From: Mobula hypostoma
Taxonomy: Eukaryota
Assembly: GCF_963921235.1 (NCBI RefSeq)
Contig: NC_086097.1
Location: forward strand, 219,854,001-219,918,000
Length of the DNA stretch: 64,000 nt
Direction of reading: 5' to 3'
Under the pieces are notes generated by a model. That model was not told where the DNA came from and searched no databases. It was given only the letters and a program-made list of their open reading frames with translations. The stretch's first letter is position 1. Every line of letters starts with the position of its first letter. The position numbers and the translations under genes were made by a program. Below, one piece after another: positions 54,446-64,000 of the stretch.

Positions 54446-55698
54446 TGTTTATGATTGTTGCTTGTAAGATGTACAACAAAAAATTTGTTTTGCATGCCAA
54501 ATAGGTAATTTCATCACAATATATCAACATAGTACAAAGGAAAAGAAAACAGTAACAGAATGCAGAATATAGAATTACAGTTACAGAGAAATTGTAGTGT
54601 AGGCAAAAATTAAAATGTAAGCCCATGTTGAGGAGAATTGTACACACAGTTTGTTCAATGGTTTTAGACTTATATACATGTATATGATATAACACAAGTA
54701 AATTATTGAGAAGTTTCTACCTCAAAAATCAGTTTGTTCATTGAGGTTGGTGGTTCTGGTATCTATCGATATTTCTGACAATGAATGGTAAAATGATGAA
54801 TTATATCATTCATATAAACTTTAATATTCAGTATATAAAAGCGCCAGACGTTAATAGATTAACTGTTGATCAGAGATAGTGTCACGGAGGCAGAAAATGT
54901 GGAAGTCATGGAGGTATTGTCTACTGAGTCTCTGTGGGTGGAAGTTAGAAACAGGAAGGGGTCAATAACTCTACTGGGTGTTTTTTATAGACCACCTAAT
55001 AGTAACTGAGACATGAATGAGCAGATCCGGAGACAGATTCTGGAAAGATGTAATAATAACTGGGTTGTCATGGTGGGAGATTTTAATTTCCCCAATATTG
55101 ATTGGCATTTCCTTAGAACAAGGGATTTAGATGGGGTGGAGTTTGTTAGGTGTGTTCAGGAAGGTTTCCTGACACAATATGTAGATACTGTAAGTCTACA
55201 AGAGGAGAGGCTGTACTTCATCTGGTATTGGGAAATGAACCTGGTCTGGTACCAGGTCTCTCAGTGGGAGAGCATTTTGGAGATAGTGATCACAATTCTA
55301 TCTCCTTTACCATAGCATTTGAGAGGGATAGGAACAGACAAGTTAGGAAAGCGTTTAATTGGAGTAAAGGGAAAATATGAAATTATCAGGCAGGAACTTG
55401 GAAGCATAAATTGGGAACAGATGTTCTCAGGAAAATGTACAGCAGAAATGTGGCAAATGTTCAGGGGATGTTTGCATGGTGTTCTGCATAGGTACGTTCC
55501 AGTGACACAGGGAGAGGATGGTAGGGTAGAGGAAACGTGATGTTCAAAGGCTGTACAAAATCTAGTCAAGAAGAAAAGAAAAGCTTACGAAAGGTTCAAA
55601 AAACAACAGGAATTCTGCAGATGCTGGAAATTCAAGCAACATACATCAAAGTTGCTGGTGAACGCAGCAGGCCAGGCAGCATCTATAGGAAGAGGCGC

Positions 55699-55734
55699 AG
55701 TCGACGTTTCAGGCCGAGACCCTTCGTCAGGACT
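55699..55734 (-). ncRNA. Minimal type I hammerhead ribozyme motif, intact
   Basis: Reverse complement is agtcctgacgaagggtctcggcctgaaacgtcgact. Confidence 0.85.
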
Positions 55735-56398
55735 AACTGAAGGAAGAGTGAGTAAGGGATTTGAAAGCTGGAGGGGGAGGGGGAGATGCAAAATGATAGG
55801 AGAAGACAGGAGGGGGAGGGATGGAGCCGAGAGCTGGACAGGTGATAGGCAAAAGGGGATACGAGAGGATCATGGGACAGGAGGTCCGGGAAGAAAGACG
55901 GGGGGGGGGGTGACCCAGAGGATGGGCAAGAGGTATATTCAGAGGGACAGAGGGAGAAAAAGGAGAGTGAGAGAAAGAATGTGTGCATTAAAAAGAGTAA
56001 CAGATGGGGTACGAGGGGGAGGTGGGGCCTAGCGGAAGTTAGAGAAGTCAATGTTCACGCCATCAGGTTGGAGGCTACCCAGACGGAATATAAGGTGTTG
56101 TTCCTCCAACCTGAGTGTGGCTTCATCTTTACAGTAGAGGAGGCCGTGGATAGACATGTCAGAATGGGAATGGGATGTGGAATTAAAATGTGTGGCCACT
56201 GGGAGATCCTGCTTTCTCTGGCGGACAGAGCGTAGATGTTCAGCAAAGCGGTCTCCCAGTCTGCGTCGGGTCTCACCAATATATAAAAGGCCACATCGGG
56301 AGCACCGGACGCAGTATATCACCCCAGTCGACTCACAGGTGAAGTGATGCCTCACCTGGAAGGACTGTTTGGGGCCCTGAATGGTGGTAAGGGAGGAA

Positions 56399-57141
56399 AT
56401 GTCTTCATTTTTTAAAGAAAGGGGCTTCCCTTCCTCCACTATCAACTCTGCTCTTAAACGCATCTCCCCCATTTCACGTACATCTGCTCTCACTCCATCC
56501 TCCCACCACCCCACTAGGAATAGGGTTCCCCTGGTCCTCACCTACCACCCCACCAGCCTCCGGGTCCAACATATTATTCTCCGTAACTTCCGCCACCTCC
56601 AACGGGATCCCACCACTAAGCATATCTTTCCCTCCCCGCCTCTCTCTGCATTCCGCAGGGATCGCTCCCTACACAACTCCCTTGTCCATTCGTCCCCCCC
56701 ATCCCTCCCCACTGATCTCCCTGCTGGCACTTATCCGTGTAAGCGGAACAAGTGCTACACATGCCCTTACACTTCCTCCCTTACCACCATTCAGGGCCCC
56801 AAACAGTCCTTCCAGGTGAGGCATCACTTCACCTGTGAGTCGACTGGGGTGATATACTGCGTCCGGTGCTCCCGATGTGGCCTTTTATATATTGGTGAGA
56901 CCCGACGCAGACTGGGAGACCGCTTTGCTGAACATCTACGCTCTGTCCGCCAGAGAAAGCAGGATCTCCCAGTGGCCACACATTTTAATTCCACATCCCA
57001 TTCCCATTCTGACATGTCTATCCACGGCCTCCTCTACTGTAAAGATGAAGCCACACTCAGGTTGGAGGAACAACACCTTATATTCCGTCTGGGTAGCCTC
57101 CAACCTGATGGCGTGAACATTGACTTCTCTAACTTCCGCTA
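56399..57141 (+). pseudogene. 5'-truncated PLE ORF: linker, Cys knuckle and GIY-YIG endonuclease; frame open, RT core absent
   Basis: PLVLTYHP, C-x3-C-x2-C, HFTCESTGVIYCVRCSRCGLLYIGETRRRLGDRFAEH, E..LI..LGSLQPDGVN. Confidence 0.9.
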
Positions 57142-57435
57142 GGCCCCACCTCCCCCTCGTACCCCATCTGTTACTCTTTTTAATGCACACATTCTTTCTC
57201 TCACTCTCCTTTTTCTCCCTCTGTCCCTCTGAATATACCTCTTGCCCATCCTCTGGGTCACCCCCCCCCCGTCTTTCTTCCCGGACCTCCTGTCCCATGA
57301 TCCTCTCGTATCCCCTTTTGCCTATCACCTGTCCAGCTCTCGGCTCCATCCCTCCCCCTCCTGTCTTCTCCTATCATTTTGCATCTCCCCCTCCCCCTCC
57401 AGCTTTCAAATCCCTTACTCACTCTTCCTTCAGTT

Positions 57436-57471
57436 AGTCCTGACGAAGGGTCTCGGCCTGAAACGTCGACT
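57436..57471 (+). ncRNA. Minimal type I hammerhead ribozyme motif, intact, sense to SULF1
   Basis: agtc-ctgacga-agg-gtctcgg-cct-gaaa-c-gtc^gact; predicted cleavage after 57467. Confidence 0.85.
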
Positions 57472-60400
57472 GCGCCTCTTCCTATAGATGCTGCCTGGCC
57501 TGCTGCGTTCACCAGCAACTTTGATGTATGTTGGTTGAAAGGTTCAAAAAACTAGGTAATGATAGAGATCGAGAAGATTACAAGGTTAGCAGGAAGGACC
57601 TTAAGAATGAAATTCAGAGAGCCAGATGGAGCCATGAGAATGTATTGGCGGACAGGATTAAGGAAAACCCCAAGGCATTCTACAAGTATGTGATGAGCAA
57701 GAGGGTAAGGCATGAGAGAATAGGAACAATCAAGTGTGACAGTGGAAAAGTGTGTATGGAAACAGAGGAGACAGTGGAGGTACTTAATGAATACTTTGCT
57801 TCGATATTCACTACAATAGAGGACCTTGGTGATTGTAGGAATGACTTGCAGCGGATTGAAAAGTTTGAGCATATAGACCTTAAGAAAGAGGATGTGCTGG
57901 AACTTTTGGAAGGCATCAAGTTGGATAAGTCACCGGGACTGGAGGGATGTACCCCAGGCTACTGGTGGAGGTGAGGGAGGAGATTGCTGAGCTTCTGGCG
58001 ATGATGTTTGCATCACCAATGGGGACAGAAGAGGTTCTGGAGGATTGGAGGGTTGCAGATGTTGTTCCCATATTCAAGAAAGGGAGTAGAGATAGCCCAG
58101 GAAATTATAGACCAGTGAGTCTTACTTCAGTGGTTGGTAAGCTGATGGAGAAGATCCTGAGAAGCAGAATTTATGAACATTTGGAAAGGCATAATATGAT
58201 TAGGAATAGTCAGCATGGCTTTGTCAAAGGTAGGTTGTGCCTTATGATCCTGATTGAATTTTTTGAAGATGTGACTAAACACATTGACATAGGTAGAGCA
58301 GTAGATGTAGTGTATATGGATTTCAGCAAGGCATTTGATAAGGTACTCCATGCAAGGCTTATTGAGAAAGTAAGGAGGCACGGGATCCAAGGAGACATTG
58401 CTTTGTGGATTCAGAATCGGCTTGCCCACAGAAGGCTAACAGTGGTTGCAGACGGGTCATATTCTGTATGGAGTTTGGTGACCAGTGGTGTGCCTCAGGG
58501 ATCTGTTCTGGGACCCCTACTCTTCAAGATTTTTATAAGTTATCTGGATGAGGAAGTAGAAGAATGGGTTAGTAAATTTGCTGATATCACAAAGATTGGG
58601 GGTATTGTGGATAGTGTGGAAGACTATCTGAAGTTGCAGCGGGACATCGATAAGATGCAAAACTGGGGTGAGAAGTGGCAGATAGAGTTCAACCCAGGTA
58701 AGTGTGAGGTGGTTCATTTTGGTAGGTCAAATATTTAGTATTTAGTATTAATGGTAAGACACTTGGCAGTGTAGAGGATCAGAGGGAACTTGGGGTCTGT
58801 GCCCATAGGACGCTCAAAGCTGCTGCGCAGCTTGACTGTGTGGTTAAGAAGGCATACGGTGTATTGGCCTTCATCAACTGAGGGATTGAGTTCAAGAGCC
58901 GAGAGGTAATGTTACAGCTGTATAGGACCCTGGTCAGACCCCACTTGGAGTACTGTGCTCAGTTCAGGTCACCTCACTACAAGAAGGATGCAGAAACTGT
59001 AGAAAGGGTGCACAGGAGATTTACAAGGATGTTGCTTGGATTGGGGAGCATGCCTTACGAGAATAGTTTGAGTGAACTTGACTTTTTTTCCTTGGAGCGA
59101 TGAAGGATGAGAGGTGACCTAATAGAGGTTTATGAGAGCCATTGATTGTGTGGATGGTCAGAGGCTTTTTCCCAGGGCTGAAATGGCTAACATGAGAGGG
59201 CGCAGTTTTAAGGTGCCTGGAAGTAGGTTCAGAGGGGATGTCAGGGGTAATTTTTTATGCAGAGAGTGGTGAGTGCGTGGAATGGGCTGCCAGCGACTGT
59301 GGTGGAGGCGGACACTATAGGGTCTTTTAAGAGACTCCTGTACAGGTACATGGAGCTTAGAAAAATAGAGGGCTATGGGTAACCCTAGGTAATTTCTGAA
59401 GTAAGTACATGTTTGGGACAGCATTGTGGGCCAAAGGGCCTGTATTGTGCTGTAGGTTTTCTCTGTTTCTATTAACATAGAGTGGGTGAATATAAAGAGG
59501 AGAATGTGGAAATCAATGCTTTAGGGATATAATTACATTACCATTTGTGCCATTAACTAAATCTGAAAAATAATGCCAAGGACTTGACTGATGATTGTAA
59601 TGCAGCAGGTGCAACATCCCTTGCAGCAGCAAATTGCCAACGACAAGAAGCCAACGACAACACAATTATTAAAGGAATGTTCAGAGCGGGATATTTCAGG
59701 AACTTAGCCAAGCCCACTGCTTCCCACTGAGGTGATAACACCCTTTTAAATATTATGCAAACACGTAAGGCTGGATGGACCCCTATCAGGAAATTCACCT
59801 GAGTGAAGCAGTTAAAACCTATGTTCGTGTGGCAGAGTTTTAAAAAGGAGTACTCATTGGAGAAATTACTTTCAGGAATTAGAGAGTTACTTGAGTATGA
59901 TATTGTGCAGCATGAAGTTGGAGCAACACAGCCTCCAGTTGATAGAAAGAACTCAGATTCAGAGAGCTGAAGAGAGAATCCAAGTGATGCCAAATATGTG
60001 AGAAATGACAGAATTAAGTCGATAATGGCTTATCATTCGGTGCCTGATACTTAGAGCAAATAAATGTTGGAAGTGGAAGCCATGTGGCAAATATACATCA
60101 GGATTGAAGTTTAAATAGCCAAGTAGAAACATGAAAAGCCCAGTAAGTTTAGTAGACTTGGAGATGGAGGAAACCCTGCAGAAATTAATCCTTCAATTGC
60201 GTGTAGCCCACTGTTGCACTTTGAGCATGGAGGAGAATCAATGCATGGTAATAAATGACGGCTATAAAACCACACTGGGTCCTAAAAAGTTAAAATTATT
60301 AGGCCAGGTTGTACACTTCCCTCAAGTGTACAAGGCAGAACAATAGGCTACTTGAAATGATTATTACTGTAAAGGGATTTCATGGGGTGGAGAAATGATT

Positions 60401-61577
60401 ATATGAACCCGAGTGAAGAAAACCAGAAAAATAAGGAACAATCCTATAATTAGGGAAGCAAGCAGAAGGCAGCATGTTTTCACACAATGCCAAATAAATA
60501 AATCTCGAATGCTTCTCCAAGAAGCTGGGTTAATTAAATCTTTCAAGACTGAAAGATTGTTGTAGTTAGAAGTCTGGAAATCAGCCCCTTTCTCAGAATG
60601 TCCAGCAGCAAAATGAGTATGATGTGCTGATAGGTGATGGGGTGTAATTCTTTTTTTTGATATTTGGGATTGAGCATGAGTAGGCCAAAGCAGTGGGCAG
60701 AAACTCTACCATGTTATCCAACTGGCAGCTAGAAGATTCACAAGGAAATTTCATGTGCACCCCTGGGATAGGGGCCATATGGATCTTTTCATCTACACGT
60801 GTCCTCTTTAGAGAAGTAATATTACTTAAATGGAATAAAACTGCGCCTTTTTATTTCCAATATAGCAGATGGGGGAGGGGGGAAGCTGGTATTGAAAAGA
60901 ATGCCTTTGAGAGAAATGTAATCTAATAGCTGTTATATCTGTTAAAAATAAAATAATGCAGCATCTTTGAATAGCTTCCTATGGATGGAAATCCATAAAC
61001 GTTTATGAGCAAATGCAGTTACATTTAATCTACTGAAGATTTACTTGACTATGTTGCAATAAGTTAATATTTCATGGCAGACATTCTTAAGCATTAAAAA
61101 CAAAAAAGTGCAAAAGCTATGGGGCTTTCACTGGATGTGAGCTGACCACAACAGAGAACTTTTCAACAGAAATGAAAGTTGCTTGCTGTACATGGTATGT
61201 GGTTTTTGGAAGAAACAATATACATTAAAGTCCATGTTGCCAATTATATGCTATGATTGGACATGTTAGGCTTTTGCTAATTCCATTTAACTGAGATTAA
61301 TGAGTTTAAGTTGCATGACATTTGTGCTGAGAAATAATTTATATTGGAAGTACTTACCAAAGAGACATGTAAAAGGTTGTAAAAGTGAGATTAAAAGGCA
61401 AGGATTAAAATCCATTGCAGAAATAGAATACCTGGATCTGATTCAACATCTACAGTATGTTTATGCTGGTCAAAGCCAAAGAAAACATTTTGGTTTATTG
61501 GCCCAGTATTAGAATTTATTTGATGCTACATTTCACTCTGGCTGCAGACCGTGACCTTTCGAAGCCTGTGAAAATCA

Positions 61578-61720
61578 AAAACTGCAGATCTGGGAAGCCT
61601 GAACAAACACAGAAAGACCTGAAATGGCCAACAGGTCAGGCAGCATCTGTAAGAAGAGAAACAATTACTGTTTCAGGTCAAAGTTCCTTTGTGCTGGTCA
61701 GGAGAGGGCAAAAATAAATC
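61578..61720 (-). mobile_element. Old PLE-tail-like repeat; similar relics at ~4760-4880, 8675-8755, 47480-47545 (all -) and 11100-11206 (+)
   Basis: ctgcagat..gg....caggtcaggcagcatctgt...gtttcagg pattern shared with the younger copies. Confidence 0.55.
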
Positions 61721-62169
61721 TGTTTTAAGTTGTAGAAAGGAATGGATAGGACAAAGGAAGGAGGTCAGGATTGCTGTGAGGACAAGCCATTGATGAAGTG
61801 ATCTGGGTGTTGGATTAATGAGGGAAATTATAGTGAGAGAACAAGAGCAAAGAAACCTAAAAACAGTGAGATGAGAGCAGTCAGATAGAGAAAACAGAAA
61901 GAAAGTGATATCAAAACTGTGAAATGCAGAGCTATCAGAAGTGTCAAACAGGTTGGGCTGTGCAAGGGAAGAGAGAAAAGCTAAGCCAATAATACCTACC
62001 ATTCAATTTGTTTGGGCGAATTCAGATTAGTAATTGATTAGTGTTTCATTTTGTAACATCAAATAGTAACAGGAGAACATTCATTTCTTTCCTTTAGTAA
62101 TTTATGCATGGGAGCAACACTCAGACTTTGACAGTTGCCTTGGAGTTACCTAGAAAACAATTTACCAAA

Positions 62170-62720
62170 TACACAGGAGAAGAGATGAGAGAAAATATAG
62201 TGGAGGGTAAGACAGAGGTGAAGGAGATGAGTGAAGGAAAAGAATAGAGGTTAGAAAGATAGGGAGAAAAAGGCATAAAAGGAAAGAGAGTGCTGAAGGA
62301 GAAATATGGTAAGTGGAGCCAAATAGGTGAAGAGAAAACTGGGAAGAGGGAGAGAGGAACAACATTAGAGTGAGAGAGGGCCAGAAACAGTATGGATAAA
62401 TGGTTCAGAGGAATAGAAAATTGGGTAAAGGGTGAAAAGAACAAAGGGCAGAAGGGAACAGATGAAGAATGAAATTGAAAGGAATGGAATGGGGGAGGGA
62501 CCGCAGGAGAGGCGAAGAAGGGCAAGTAAATGAAAAAGGAGCCAAACAAAGCTACCAGGGAACTGACTATAGGATGAAAAGAGGCAAGGTACTAGGAAAG
62601 TTGGGAGAGAAGAGAGGAAGAGAAATGGAGGGCAGAGTAGAGTTGGAAACCAGGGAAAAGAAGTTAAGTGAGAATTTGAGGGCAGAGGAGAAAGAAGATG
62701 GGGACAAATAAAGAAAGAGA
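62170..62720 (+). repeat. Purine-rich low-complexity tract
   Basis: Strong G/A strand bias over ~550 bp with no clear period. Confidence 0.75.
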
Positions 62721-63004
62721 ACTGCAGGACTATGGTTTTCAAAACTCTTTTGTTATAAAGATGTGGGCAAATATTAGCAGGGAAATGGAAACATTAACTT
62801 GGAAAAACTATTTAGCCCTTACACTGTTTCTATTTCCCTTTGCTTTATGTGTGAATGGAAGATGTCTGTCCAAGTTGACCTCAGCAAACTGATATGTCAA
62901 ATCTGAAGCTGTTCACTTCCCAGCACAATTATCATGCTAGTATGTCATGTGTTTTTCAATACAATATTGAGTTGTGTTGTGGTATTAGATGCAGAAAATT
63001 ATTA

Positions 63005-63824
63005 CAGTGGATTCCAGTTAATCGGGACCAGTCCATTTTGACCCAATTAGCCGAAGTTTCATTGAAATGGAGAAAAAGGTATATAAATGACAAACTACTA
63101 TTTAATTGGGCAATAAATTATGTAATCAAATGGAATACAGAACAAATTAGAACACTATCAATACTACTACTGTACTATAAAACTGTGTATTTGTTTCTAA
63201 AATTTATCAATGGAGGAATTCATTCAATGTACACTGCCACATTCTTTTGATTGACTATAAATGAACAAAACCAGTGCGGACACCTAGTGTAGATAATAGA
63301 CTGTCTTCATACAATGCTATTGATGATTGCATCCTCCAAATGTTCTTTTTCATTGTACCATTCAAGATGATTGATAATACCTTCAAATTCTTCATAGTTT
63401 CTAACTTGTTGTAGTAGTGAAATCATTGCATTTTCACTCCCGGCTGTTTCTGGGTTCTCCAAACCTGAATGCTTGAAACTGTAGTGAGCAAAACAATTTT
63501 GAATTGTCCTACTGTTTATTTCTCACCAACCATCAGTGGCAAAAATCACTGTTTTTTGAACACAAGCATATACAATTGAAGATATTTAAAAATTGTTCAC
63601 TTTAAGCACAGTGTAGAGACTAACAGCCACATAACTGCACATGCAGTTAGAAACTTAGTGAGAAACTGTCCAGCAACAGTCTCCTACCCTAAGTAAGCGG
63701 CATAGTGTCCTAAATAAATGAAAGAATCCTTCCTATTTTCTTGACGAGCTTTTGTACTTTAAGAGTTGTCCAAAATAAGCAGCCACCCTGATTCACCAAT
63801 GACCCAATTAACCAGAATCCACTG
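63005..63824. mobile_element. Uninterrupted 820-bp pogo/Tigger-like non-autonomous element
   Basis: ta-cagtggattccagttaatcggg ... cccaattaaccagaatccactg; no long ORF. Confidence 0.78.
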
Positions 63825-64000
63825 CATATTCATTACATACAATGTCAGTTCAGGCCAAACTCCAAACTCAGACTGAAATGAGGCCGTAATGAAATCTTCA
63901 GATCAAAATGCAGTTTATGGAAACCTGTGAAATGCCTTTATATATTTTGTTCATTTATTAGCTGTGGGCACAGTTGGCAAGGCCAGTACCTGTTGCCCAA

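Larger units (their letters stand above)
55605..57536. mobile_element. Penelope-like element inserted as a tail-out inverted duplication, 16-bp TSD
   Basis: Arms 55637-56398 and 56773-57533; TSD gaaaggttcaaaaaac at 55589-55604 and 57537-57552. Confidence 0.95.
54862..59472 (+). mobile_element. Long CR1 ORF2 relic (APE endonuclease plus RT), interrupted by the PLE palindrome
   Basis: VMVGDFNFPNIDW and GDSDHN (APE); YRPVSLTS, DFSKAFD, GVPQGSVLGP (RT); frameshifts and stops; tttctat tail. Confidence 0.92.

Noticed and set aside
56029..56541. 170-aa minus-strand GIY-YIG ORF as a separate nuclease gene
   Set aside because: It is the inverted PLE arm; its N-terminus is antisense spacer sequence read through the junction
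61673..62742. Hydrophobic F/L/S/P-rich minus-strand ORFs
   Set aside because: Products of the pyrimidine-rich strand of low-complexity DNA

Overview
Vertebrate genomic DNA. The repeat repertoire suggests a cartilaginous fish, probably a ray (inference). The window lies inside an extracellular heparan-sulfate 6-O-endosulfatase gene on the + strand, best matching SULF1. Six GT-AG coding exons (2262-2431, 26403-26553, 26715-26890, 30818-30946, 32380-32436, 44167-44296) splice in frame and cover the C-terminal part of the sulfatase domain and the start of the hydrophilic domain. The rest is intron packed with transposons: CR1 LINEs, Rex/Babar/L2-type LINEs, tRNA-derived SINEs, putative solo LTRs, Tc1/pogo/hAT DNA elements and Penelope-like elements (PLEs). 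Most notable: (1) a PLE family carrying minimal type I hammerhead ribozymes, about 14 intact or decayed motifs from two sequence families. These insert as tail-out foldbacks, from about 200-bp mini-hairpins to a near-perfect ~760-bp inverted repeat with a 16-bp target duplication, and also as twin-priming-type inversions. (2) A Tc1 fragment closely resembling the Sleeping Beauty right IR/DR end and transposase C-terminus, a candidate horizontal transfer. All assignments were made by eye and from recalled family motifs. No database search was run, and repeat boundaries are approximate unless a TSD or TIR is quoted.
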